Assembly (NCBI GenBank): GCA_965214605.1
Contig: OZ243961.1
Span: 1,184,001-1,248,000 of the forward strand
Direction: 5' to 3'
Origin: an uncultured Candidatus Binatia bacterium
Lineage (GTDB): Bacteria > Desulfobacterota > Binatia > Bin18
DNA length: 64,000 bases
A program made the translations under genes and the position numbers. Below are positions 54,248 through 63,250 of the stretch, piece by piece. The notes beneath the pieces are model-generated. The model saw only the letters and a program-made list of their open reading frames with translations. It was not told the origin of the DNA and searched no databases. The stretch's first letter is position 1. The number at the start of each line of letters is the position of its first letter.

Positions 54248-55186
54248 CTATACACAACCCAGCGCCGCCTGGGCACTCCCCCACGACAGAGTCACCCCTG
54301 CTCCGCCGTGGCCGTAATTATGGACGATACGCCGCCCGTTGCGCTCTTCGGCGGCAATCCGGATGCCGCCCTCCCGATACGGACGCAGCCCAGCAAACGT
54401 CCGGCGGGCGGAAGTCAGCTCCAGACTGGGCAGAATGCGTTTGTTGCCGCTAATGATGAGGTGCAACGCCCCACTGTCGACCGTTTCGGTATCCACATTT
54501 CTCTCAGTCGTTCCTCCCAGTAAGGTCTCGGTTTTCCTCGGATAGACGTAAAAGCCGTCGGCGTTGATCGACCAGTCCATGTCTGGCTGGGGGCCAACGA
54601 CCACGACCTGGCCCTTGATCGGTATGAGCTGCGGGTCGTGACACAGCTGTTGTGATCCCAAGCCGGTACAGTTGAAAACAATATCGGCTGGCAGGCTGGC
54701 CAGCTGCTCTAGGTCGGTGAATTTCTGCTCAATGACCACAACGCGCCCGTTGTTTTTCTCAAACTGGGCCATCAACCACGGCAGGTACACCGGCATGTCG
54801 ATAAAAAAGCTCACATATTTCCAGCCAAAGGCGTATCCGCCCGGCACCTTGGGCCGTTCTAGGATACACACCTGCTGCATCACCGACAAATAGTCGGCCC
54901 TTGGTCTGGACGCGCTGCTGGCCTCCCAGTGAATGTGTTTCCGCACGCCCGCTGCCGCGCCGGCCTGGGCAAGCACTTTCTCAAAGGCGGCCCAGCTGTC
55001 TTCAAGCAGACGCTGGGTTTGCTCATTATAATCCACCGCATGGGGCTTAAAACTGGCCGCGGCTTTGACCGAGGTTGTACGCAGCGGCAGGCGATCGGTA
55101 TACAGGGTGACGGTCCAGCCACACTGCTGGGCGACAAGAGCCGTGCTCAAGCCAACTACACCAGAGCCGAGGACTGCAGCATGCAT
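54248..55186 (-). CDS. D-amino-acid oxidase family FAD oxidoreductase
   Basis: GSGVVG, NCTGLG, PIKGQ, YVYPR, LGGT, GLRP, VHNYGHGGAGVTLSWGSA; start moved to ATG 55186. Confidence 0.9.
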   Translation of the reverse strand: MHAAVLGSGVVGLSTALVAQQCGWTVTLYTDRLPLRTTSVKAAASFKPHAVDYNEQTQRLLEDSWAAFEKVLAQAGAAAGVRKHIHWEASSASRPRADYLSVMQQVCILERPKVPGGYAFGWKYVSFFIDMPVYLPWLMAQFEKNNGRVVVIEQKFTDLEQLASLPADIVFNCTGLGSQQLCHDPQLIPIKGQVVVVGPQPDMDWSINADGFYVYPRKTETLLGGTTERNVDTETVDSGALHLIISGNKRILPSLELTSARRTFAGLRPYREGGIRIAAEERNGRRIVHNYGHGGAGVTLSWGSAQAALGCV

Positions 55187-55271
55187 GGCGTTTTTCCTCG
55201 GGTCGGACAATGCTCCGCCCGCTGCTCGCAGGAAGCGGGAGACACAGGGCCTGCAGTTCCCGGCCGCGTGG

Positions 55272-55787
55272 CTAGTGGGAGTGGGCCCCGGCAACAGAGG
55301 AGGGGCCCTTGGTGTGGCTGTGATCGTGCGAGTGGGCGTGACGGCGGAAATTATGGCTTGGTGTGTTCGTCTTCTTGTGGTCCGGACCGTGGCTGTGACC
55401 ATGCGAGGGCGGCGCATACTTGGGTTCCGGCAGACCGTGCTGCTTGCGGACCCCGGCCGCTCTGGCTACCTTGTCGTCAAATTCTTTACCCCGGCCAACG
55501 CTGTGGGCAGCAAAGCGTTTGACCGAGTACTCGTCCATATGGCACGACAGTGGCACTTGCGGATAGCGCATGCACAGGGGCCGCTGGTTTTGATTCTGGG
55601 GAGTGGGTCGGGGCTGTTGTCCGGCGTGGACATCGACCGCGCCAGAACCAATGGCAAAGGCCGACACAATCCGCGGGGCCCGTTTGCCACAGCTCGGACA
55701 GGTCTTCTTGTTGTTGGACTCACGTATTGAGCTTAATTCTTCGAAGGTAAGCTGACAGGCGACACAGTGGTATTCGTACAGCGGCAT
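55272..55787 (-). CDS. FmdB-family zinc-ribbon protein with His-rich tail
   Basis: MPLYEYHCVAC...CPSCG..RIVS; C-terminal HGHSHG..HAHSHDHSH. Confidence 0.82.
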   Translation of the reverse strand: MPLYEYHCVACQLTFEELSSIRESNNKKTCPSCGKRAPRIVSAFAIGSGAVDVHAGQQPRPTPQNQNQRPLCMRYPQVPLSCHMDEYSVKRFAAHSVGRGKEFDDKVARAAGVRKQHGLPEPKYAPPSHGHSHGPDHKKTNTPSHNFRRHAHSHDHSHTKGPSSVAGAHSH

Positions 55788-55807
55788 AGGTCTTCTCCCA
55801 GTGTTGC

Positions 55808-56593
55808 CTATTCGATCGGCGTGGGCGCGTGCGGAAACTCGGCCCAGTCCTCGGGATCGTGCGAAATCCAGACGCTGGCCTCGTGCAGATCGCGGAGAGC
55901 TTTGATACGCTGGATCGATAGGGAAGACTGAATCGGATCGGTGTCCAGCGGCATACCGGCCAGGGTATCGAACTGCATCCGAAGGTGGAGCGTATCGCCA
56001 ACGAGCAGGATGGAACGGTTGGGCAAGTGGACGTACAGCGAGCTTTCGCCCGGCGTGTGGCCCGGCGTTTTCAGCAAGTGCAGGCTGCTGTCGCCAAACA
56101 CGTCGAAATCGCCTTGCAGCTCCAGCCAGTCGAAGTTCCGAGTCGGCACGATATCTTTGAACACAAACACATCCCGCAGATGCGTATCCGGCCAGTAGGC
56201 GTAGCGCAACTCATTTTCCATGATCAGGAATTTGGCGTTCGGAAAGGCGTGCAGATAACCGGTGTGGTCAAGATGCAGGTGGGAAACGATCACGTATTTG
56301 ATGTCATCCATCTTGTAGCCCAGAGCCTGAATCTGTCGGTCGAGCAAGAGCTCTTTCGGGTAGTTGATCTGCAGGGCTTCGGCAAACGGACCCCAGTGGC
56401 CAACCGGGTCATCAGCCGCAGCCGGATGGCAACCGGTATCAAACAGGACTAGCCCCTTGGGATGTTCGATCAAATAGGCTGGGCACGGAATTTCCACCAG
56501 CTCATCAGACCCGCCGTGGGCCAGAAGACTCTGCGGCACGGTCAGAGTGGCGTTGGGCAAGGCCCACATCTTGGTTGCCGTTCCATTCGCCAT
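55808..56593 (-). CDS. N-acyl-homoserine lactonase family MBL hydrolase
   Basis: YLIEHPKGLVLFDTG, SHLHLDH, TPGHTPG, GD, HDP. Confidence 0.88.
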   Translation of the reverse strand: MANGTATKMWALPNATLTVPQSLLAHGGSDELVEIPCPAYLIEHPKGLVLFDTGCHPAAADDPVGHWGPFAEALQINYPKELLLDRQIQALGYKMDDIKYVIVSHLHLDHTGYLHAFPNAKFLIMENELRYAYWPDTHLRDVFVFKDIVPTRNFDWLELQGDFDVFGDSSLHLLKTPGHTPGESSLYVHLPNRSILLVGDTLHLRMQFDTLAGMPLDTDPIQSSLSIQRIKALRDLHEASVWISHDPEDWAEFPHAPTPIE

Positions 56594-56682
56594 AGCTTCC
56601 TCCTGGTTTGTGGTCGGCCGGAATCGTCCGGAACGGCCCGCATGCTAATCCAAGCCGCTCCCCAGTGTCAAGCGTTCGACCC

Positions 56683-57870
56683 CTAGCGTGCCTTTGGCAG
56701 CCCCAGGACACGCTCGCCGATCACCCCGCGCAAAATTTCGTTCGTCCCGGCAGCAATCGTTCCGCCCCGCGCGCTCAGCATCCGATACGACCAGCGGGCC
56801 TGATCCATGGCAAACGGCGAACCCTTGGCCAGAATCGAATACGGCCCCAGCAACTCCATCGCAAAGTCAACGATCCGCATGTTCAGCTCACTTGACATGA
56901 TTTTGGAAAACGACCCCTCGGGTCCCGGCGGCTGGCCCTGGAGTTGACGGGTCAGCCGGCGCAGGTCGTTGTACTTGATGGCTTGAGCCTCAATCGAAAA
57001 CTGGGCGAGTTTTTGACGTACGGCCTCGTCATCAATCGCTGGACGACCGTTCAGTTCAAGCTGTCGGGCCAGTTCGTACAGTTGGGGCAGGATCTTCTCA
57101 AATCTGTAAAAGCTGCCACTCGATACTCGCTCAAACATGAGGGTGGTAATCGCCACCATCCAGCCCTGATTGAGGTCCCCGACCAAATTCTCTTTGGGTA
57201 CCCGCACATCCTCAAAAAAGACCTCGTTAAACTCCGAATCGCCATTGATCTGAACCAGGGGCCGGACCGTCACACCAGGGCTGTGCATATCGACCAGAAT
57301 ATAGCTGATTCCCTTATGTTTGGGAGCCTCGGGATCCGTTCGCACCAACACAAAACACCAATCCGAGTACTGTGCCCAACTCGTCCATACCTTCTGACCG
57401 TTGATCACAAAATGGTCGCCATCTTCAACCGCCCGGGTCTGTATTGAGGCCAGGTCAGAACCCGAGCCCGGCTCGGAATAGCCTTGGCACCAAATGTGTG
57501 CAGCCGGCAGGATCTTAGGCAGAAAGCGTTCCTTTTGCGCCTCGGTTCCCCAGTGCATCAGGGTCGGCCCCAGCAGCGAAATACCGCTCAGATTCACCCC
57601 CTGCGACACCCCGAGGCGACTCATTTCTTCAGTAAAGATCGCCTGTTCAATCAGCGATGCCCCACGCCCGCCGTACTCCTCGGGCCACCACAGGCCGACC
57701 CAGCCACCCTCGTGGAGTTTCTTGTGCCAATCAAGCCCACGCCGCCAGCGTTCTTCGGGGTCTAGGTCTTCATCTTTGCCGCCCCGCAGGTCGTCCGGCA
57801 CATTGGCGTCCATCCAGGTCTGGACTTCCCCACGGAATTGTTCTTCTTCCGATGAATAGCTAAAATCCAT
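56683..57870 (-). CDS. Acyl-CoA dehydrogenase (FadE-type)
   Basis: WCQGYSEPGSGSDLAS, NGQKVWTS, FNEVFF, TIAAGTNEI. Confidence 0.95.
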   Translation of the reverse strand: MDFSYSSEEEQFRGEVQTWMDANVPDDLRGGKDEDLDPEERWRRGLDWHKKLHEGGWVGLWWPEEYGGRGASLIEQAIFTEEMSRLGVSQGVNLSGISLLGPTLMHWGTEAQKERFLPKILPAAHIWCQGYSEPGSGSDLASIQTRAVEDGDHFVINGQKVWTSWAQYSDWCFVLVRTDPEAPKHKGISYILVDMHSPGVTVRPLVQINGDSEFNEVFFEDVRVPKENLVGDLNQGWMVAITTLMFERVSSGSFYRFEKILPQLYELARQLELNGRPAIDDEAVRQKLAQFSIEAQAIKYNDLRRLTRQLQGQPPGPEGSFSKIMSSELNMRIVDFAMELLGPYSILAKGSPFAMDQARWSYRMLSARGGTIAAGTNEILRGVIGERVLGLPKAR

Positions 57871-58079
57871 ATTTGGCTCCTGACTCCTTCCAAGAGAAGA
57901 CTCATCGCTTCCCCCATGAGCGCGAGTTCCTCAGTATCTTATAGCCCACTCCTGCCAAAAAAGCGAAACACGCAAGCCGGAGGTGTCCCTCTCTAAGTAT
58001 ATCTTGCGCCTCCCTCTCCTGCTCAGTACCATGCGCACACTTGTCCGCCAGATTTGTTCACATTGATGAGAGGAGCGCC

Positions 58080-59234
58080 ATGGAATTCGCCTTCAGTGAA
58101 GAGCAACGCCTGCTCCAAGGCAGCCTGCGCCAGTACGCTAAGGAAAAACTGCTGCCCAAGTATGCCCACTGGGATAGGGGTCACACGATTAGCCGCGAGG
58201 AACTGCGGGAGGCGGCCAAACTGGGCATCTTTGGGCTACGGGTCCCGGAAAAGTTCGGTGGCCAAGAGGTCGACTATGTCACCTGCGGCCTGATGACTGA
58301 GGAGCTGTCACGGGGGGACTTTAACTATAGCCTGTATATCCAGCTGGGCCTGATCGCTTCAGAGCTACTGGCCGACTACGCCCACCCTGAGGTCCAGGCC
58401 GAGTGGCTGCCCCGGCATGTCATGGGTGATGCGGTTATCGCTTTTGGTCTGACCGAGCCGAGCGCCGGCTCAGACGCTGCCCACATCACGACCCGGGCCC
58501 AAAAGATAGGCGATGCCTACATCATTAACGGGGAAAAAGCCTCAATTACCTTTGCCGGCTATGCTGACGCGTGCATTGTCTTTGCCCGAACCGGTGAGCA
58601 GGGGGCCCGCGGCCTGTCCGCGTTTTTGGTCCCTCTCGACAGCCCAGGTGTCAGCCGCCAGGTTTACAAGAGCCCGGGCGAACGTTTAACCCAGCGCGGC
58701 TCGCTGTTTTTTGACGGGGTCCAGGTGCCGGCTCGCAATCGGGTCGGCGATGAGAGCCGAGGCTTTCAGCAGGCCATGGTCGCTTTTGATTTTAACCGGG
58801 CGATTATCGGCTTGGCCTGTATCGGCGCTGCCCAACAGTCGCTTGACGAGACCATCGAGTATACCAAGGGACGGACCGTGTTCGACAAACCCTTGGCCAA
58901 ATTTGAGGGCGTGGCGTTTCAGATTGCCGAACATCTGAGCCTGCTCGAAGCGGCGCGTCTGGTGTCCTACAAGTGTTTGTGGCTCAAAGATCAAGGACGC
59001 AAACATACAAAAGAGGCGGCGATGGCCAAGTGGATGGGCCCCAAGTTCTCAGCTGAGGCGATTCATACCTGCATCATTTTACACGGCCATTACGGCTACA
59101 GCATGGACGCGCCGCTAGAGCAACGCTGGCGGGATGTGCTCGGCCTGGAAATCGGCGACGGCACGCCGGAGATTATGAAGGGCATTGTTGCCCGCGAAGC
59201 GTTTGGACGAGAGTATACTGCGTACCGAGATTAG
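58080..59234 (+). CDS. Acyl-CoA dehydrogenase, cyclohexanecarboxyl-CoA dehydrogenase-like
   Basis: LTEPSAGSDA, NGEKASIT, RGSLFFD, HGHYGY, RDVLGLEIGDGT; ATG 58080 after AGGAG. Confidence 0.9.
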   Translation: MEFAFSEEQRLLQGSLRQYAKEKLLPKYAHWDRGHTISREELREAAKLGIFGLRVPEKFGGQEVDYVTCGLMTEELSRGDFNYSLYIQLGLIASELLADYAHPEVQAEWLPRHVMGDAVIAFGLTEPSAGSDAAHITTRAQKIGDAYIINGEKASITFAGYADACIVFARTGEQGARGLSAFLVPLDSPGVSRQVYKSPGERLTQRGSLFFDGVQVPARNRVGDESRGFQQAMVAFDFNRAIIGLACIGAAQQSLDETIEYTKGRTVFDKPLAKFEGVAFQIAEHLSLLEAARLVSYKCLWLKDQGRKHTKEAAMAKWMGPKFSAEAIHTCIILHGHYGYSMDAPLEQRWRDVLGLEIGDGTPEIMKGIVAREAFGREYTAYRD

Positions 59235-59292
59235 CGCCTCAGGCCAGCCGAGGACGGAAGGACCCCCCTCGGCCGGGCTCACAACGACTGTG

Positions 59293-60087
59293 CTAGGCCA
59301 AAAAGCGCCGTATCCGCTCAACAAAGGCGTCGGTCTGCTCAATCTCGGGCCGGTGGCCGCAGTTGTCGAACACGACTAGTTCAGAGCCGGGAATCGCCTT
59401 ATTATAGGCTTGACCAGCGCTGAGGGGCACCACCTCATCGTCTCTACCCCAGATGATAAGAGTGGGCAGCTCTTTTGCCCCGGCCAGCAGCGGACCTAGG
59501 CTGGGGTAGAACATATAGGGCTCCCAGGCGATGCGGGCGGTCTCAGCCCGCGCGTCTTCCCAGGCTTCGTACTGCTCGGGAGTTTGCTCGCCGCCGTACA
59601 GTTTGGCGAATTCCGGGGTGTTTTCCATGTCGGTGACGCTGGCGTCGAGATAAGCACGTGCCGTCACCACAAACATATCTTTGATCTCGCCCTCGGGAGG
59701 CCGAAGACCCGCTGCGCCGATCAGCACTAGACGCCGGAACTGAGCAGCGTTGGCGGCCGCCATTTCAGCCGCAACCCAGCCTCCCAGCGAAAAGCCAATG
59801 ACGTTCGCCGGAACCAGACTCTGGTCCTGGAGCACCTGGGAGTAGAAACCGGCTAAGTCGCGCACACTGTTGATCCACTCAACCCTGGGGGATTTGCCAA
59901 AGCCCGGGTGGTGTGGAATCACCACCGTGTGGGTTCGAGCCAACTCTTCATGCCAACTGGTGATGCCTGGATGTCCTAGCTCCTCATGTAACACGAGCAA
60001 CGTGGGGCCGGATCCCCCTCGAGTCACTACTAACTCGGTACCGGCGGTCTGTACTGTGTCGTCTTGCCATCCTTGTGTTTCTGCCAA
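59293..60087 (-). CDS. Alpha/beta hydrolase
   Basis: HPGFG, GFSLGG nucleophile elbow, WGRDD, CGH; TTG start after AAGGAGG. Confidence 0.9.
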   Translation of the reverse strand: MAETQGWQDDTVQTAGTELVVTRGGSGPTLLVLHEELGHPGITSWHEELARTHTVVIPHHPGFGKSPRVEWINSVRDLAGFYSQVLQDQSLVPANVIGFSLGGWVAAEMAAANAAQFRRLVLIGAAGLRPPEGEIKDMFVVTARAYLDASVTDMENTPEFAKLYGGEQTPEQYEAWEDARAETARIAWEPYMFYPSLGPLLAGAKELPTLIIWGRDDEVVPLSAGQAYNKAIPGSELVVFDNCGHRPEIEQTDAFVERIRRFLA

Positions 60088-60743
60088 TGGATGTCCTCCT
60101 TTCTGAGCTGTTTAATTTGGTGATGGGGTGTAGGGCGACGGCGATCACGCCGAAAGGCTTCGATCTCCGTCCGGGTGAAGACGGCTAGGACCGGCAGATC
60201 CGGGCCAAGGGCGGTCTGGATGGTGTGCAGCCCGTCATCCTCTTCGCGGTCAACGAGTACGGCGGCTCCCCGGACGTCTAAGCCACCTTCCCGACAGGCA
60301 TGAATCGCTTTTATGGTCGAGCCGCCGGTTGTGACTACGTCGTCAAGCACAAAGACCCGATCGCCTGGACTGGCGCAGCCCTCAATCCAACGCCGCGCGC
60401 CGTGCGTTTTGAGATCTTTGCGGACACTGAAGGCCTGGATCGGATCACCCTGCCCGGCGCTATAGTAAGCGAGCGCCAAGGCCAAGGGATCTGCGCCCTG
60501 GGTCAACCCCCCGCAGGCCACCGCCCGACCTTTGATCCTCTCATACAGCAGCCGACCGACAAGCGGCAGGCTGTGGGCCTGAAAGGTCGTGAGCTTGCAG
60601 TCGAGATAATAGTCGCTCAGCCGACCTGAAGCCAAGCGGAATTTCTTGGCTGGATCCCAACGGTAGGATTGCTCAACCAAGGCTGCTAATAACTGCTGTC
60701 GTGCATCTTGCATGGCTGTCTCGCTCCACCGAGCAAGATCCAT
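60030..60743 (-). CDS. pyrE: Orotate phosphoribosyltransferase
   Basis: FRLASGRLSDYYLDCK, VRK..KTHG, VLDDVVTTGGS, VDREE; start may be 60713. Confidence 0.93.
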   Translation of the reverse strand: MDLARWSETAMQDARQQLLAALVEQSYRWDPAKKFRLASGRLSDYYLDCKLTTFQAHSLPLVGRLLYERIKGRAVACGGLTQGADPLALALAYYSAGQGDPIQAFSVRKDLKTHGARRWIEGCASPGDRVFVLDDVVTTGGSTIKAIHACREGGLDVRGAAVLVDREEDDGLHTIQTALGPDLPVLAVFTRTEIEAFRRDRRRPTPHHQIKQLRKEDIHWQKHKDGKTTQYRPPVPS

Positions 60744-60919
60744 ATGTCACAAACCTTGCCCCTAGGCTGTAGGCTCTAGCGTAAACCGCGTCTCCCATCA
60801 ATAGGGCATCGGAATAAGGCGCATCAAGTGAGGCCCGAAGCATGGCTCCCGGTCGGCGAATTTTTCTAAAGGGGTCGACGTGGAAATCTCTCGGGAAATA
60901 GGATACATAACACTCGACC

Positions 60920-61966
60920 GTGACTACCCTGCCGCCTCTTCGCGTCGATAGTCCACAGCGCATTTTGATTGTGCTGCTGGGAGCGATCGGCGATGTCACT
61001 AGAGCCCTGCCGCTATTGATGCGGGTCCGTCGTGCCTATCCCCACGGCCATATTGCCTGGGCGGTCGAGCCAGCTGCGGCTCCGCTCCTTGACTATCATC
61101 CGGCCCTCAACGACATCCTGATCTACCACCGGGCACACGGCCTGCGAGCCTTCCTCCCTTTTCTGCGCATGGTTCGACGCCAGAATTTTGATCTGGTGCT
61201 CGACCTGCAGCGGCACGCCAAAAGCGGTCTGGTCAGTTGGTGGTCGGCCGCACCAACCCGTCTAGGTTTCCACCGGGTGAATACCAAAGAGGGCAACTGG
61301 CTGTTCAATACCCACAGCATCGAACCGGTGGCCAATTTTTCGCTCAAGCTGGGCCAGTATCTCAAGTTTACCAAGCGCCTGGGGCTCGAAGGCCAAGAAG
61401 GGGCGCAGGCTGTAGAGTTCGGGCTGCGTCTCCGCCCCCAGGAGGAGCAACGGGTGGGGCGCCTGCTGATGAACACGCCACAGCCGTTTGCGGCGTTTTT
61501 TCTGGGTTCGCGCTGGCCGAGTCGGTTTTGGTTTGCTGAACAGACTGCTCAGGTGGCACGGATGCTAAGGACCGAGCATAATCTAGGGGTCGTTCTGCTC
61601 GGGGGCCCAGGCGAGGTAGCGTTTGCACGGGCAATCAGGCAGGCGGGTGGTCCGGGGATCACCGATCTGAGTGGACAGACTAGTCTGCGCGATCTGATTG
61701 GGATCTTCTCGCGCTGTCAAGTCGCCATTGGGCCCGACTCGGGACCAATGCATATCGCGGCCGCAACCGGCACGCCGGTTGTCTCGCTGTGGGGGGCAAC
61801 CAGCCCGATTCGCTCGGTGCCGTGGGGTTCGGAGGAGCTCGTGATCGCCGGGCCGGCGGCGTGTAGCCCGTGTTATGCGCGGCGATGCCGTATCGGGCGC
61901 CGGTGTATGCAACGCATTCAACCGGCCCAGGTTCTTGAGGTTATTGAGCAGGCCCTCAGCAGCTGA
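60920..61966 (+). CDS. GT9 LPS heptosyltransferase family
   Basis: LGAIGDV, DLQ..KS, DSGPMHIAAA, LWGAT. Confidence 0.92.
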   Translation: MTTLPPLRVDSPQRILIVLLGAIGDVTRALPLLMRVRRAYPHGHIAWAVEPAAAPLLDYHPALNDILIYHRAHGLRAFLPFLRMVRRQNFDLVLDLQRHAKSGLVSWWSAAPTRLGFHRVNTKEGNWLFNTHSIEPVANFSLKLGQYLKFTKRLGLEGQEGAQAVEFGLRLRPQEEQRVGRLLMNTPQPFAAFFLGSRWPSRFWFAEQTAQVARMLRTEHNLGVVLLGGPGEVAFARAIRQAGGPGITDLSGQTSLRDLIGIFSRCQVAIGPDSGPMHIAAATGTPVVSLWGATSPIRSVPWGSEELVIAGPAACSPCYARRCRIGRRCMQRIQPAQVLEVIEQALSS

Positions 61967-61982
61967 TAGCTGATAGCGGTAC

Positions 61983-63227
61983 ATGAGGTCACAGCCAAAC
62001 ATTCTTGTCCTACTCATTGACTGCTTACGGGCCGACGCGCTCTTTGGCCAGCGCCGAAGCTGCCAAACCCCGACCTTAGACCGTCTGACTCGCTCGGGAG
62101 TCAGCTGTACTCAGGCCATTTCATCCGCCTCTTCGACCACGCCGTGCGTGGCCAGTCTGCTGACTGGCACGTATTCCTTTGTGCACGGTATCCGCTCTAT
62201 TTTTGGACTCAAACTCAGCCCCCAGGCGTCCTCTTTGGTCGAGGTCTTTAAGGCTCACGGCTATCACACCTATGCCGAAGTGAGCGGTCCGTTGTTTCCC
62301 GAAACTCGACTTGACCGAGGTTTTGACACCTACAATTTTCGCGATGGTCCCGCCTATCTTTCCACCCCGTGGGGGACAGACTTTCGGCACCGTCTGCAGA
62401 CCGCCTATCAGCGGCCGTGGTTTCTGTTGTTACACCTGTGGGAACTGCACCACCATCGACATATCCTGCCCCGGTTCCGCAGTCGGGCCTACGGTCGCAA
62501 CCGGTATGAGCGGGCACTGTCGTGTCTGGACACCCAACTGGCGACGGTGATCGACACGGTCCCACCAAATACGATTGTCGTCGTGCACGGCGACCACGGC
62601 GAGAAACTGGTTAAGACGGATATTGGCTATCGGACTTATCGTCTATTTCGCGACATCTTCGGCTCGTCAATATCCAAACGCGAGGGACACGAGATGGACG
62701 TGTATGAGGACCTCATTCGGGTGCCGCTCGTTTTCTCGTTCATCGGTCCCACCGCCCATCCCCAGCTCCCAGTAGGAAAAACCGTCACTCAACCGGTACG
62801 GCAGATCGATGTCCTGCCAACCCTGCTCGAGCTGGCCGGGTTGACACCGCCGAGCCATATCCACGGCCAGAGCCTCGTCCCAGCCCTGCACGCAGACACG
62901 CCGCTCAAACTCGAAGCCTACCTCGAAGCCTTCTTGCGTATCCACTCCGATCCACGCGACCGACGGGTCGGCTGGCGGACGGCGGAGTGGAAATATATCT
63001 ATGCACCGGAAAATCCCGAGCTGCCCGAAGAACTGTATCATTTGGCGTCCGATCCGCGTGAACGACACAACCTCATCAACACCCAACCCGAGGTTAGGAC
63101 GAGACTCCGCCAGCAGATTGAGGGCATCCAAAACGGGCCGCTGGCCGCCAGTCCCGGCCAGCACATGAGTGTTGAAGAGCAGCGTGCGCTTGAGAAGCGT
63201 ATGGCGGATTTGGGCTATCTGTCATAG
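61983..63227 (+). CDS. Sulfatase/alkaline-phosphatase-superfamily protein
   Basis: IDCLRAD, STTPCVASLLTG, GDHGE, RVPL, ELYHLASDPRE, LGY. Confidence 0.88.
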   Translation: MRSQPNILVLLIDCLRADALFGQRRSCQTPTLDRLTRSGVSCTQAISSASSTTPCVASLLTGTYSFVHGIRSIFGLKLSPQASSLVEVFKAHGYHTYAEVSGPLFPETRLDRGFDTYNFRDGPAYLSTPWGTDFRHRLQTAYQRPWFLLLHLWELHHHRHILPRFRSRAYGRNRYERALSCLDTQLATVIDTVPPNTIVVVHGDHGEKLVKTDIGYRTYRLFRDIFGSSISKREGHEMDVYEDLIRVPLVFSFIGPTAHPQLPVGKTVTQPVRQIDVLPTLLELAGLTPPSHIHGQSLVPALHADTPLKLEAYLEAFLRIHSDPRDRRVGWRTAEWKYIYAPENPELPEELYHLASDPRERHNLINTQPEVRTRLRQQIEGIQNGPLAASPGQHMSVEEQRALEKRMADLGYLS

Positions 63228-63250
63228 CCTCGGCATGCGAATCCTGTTGC

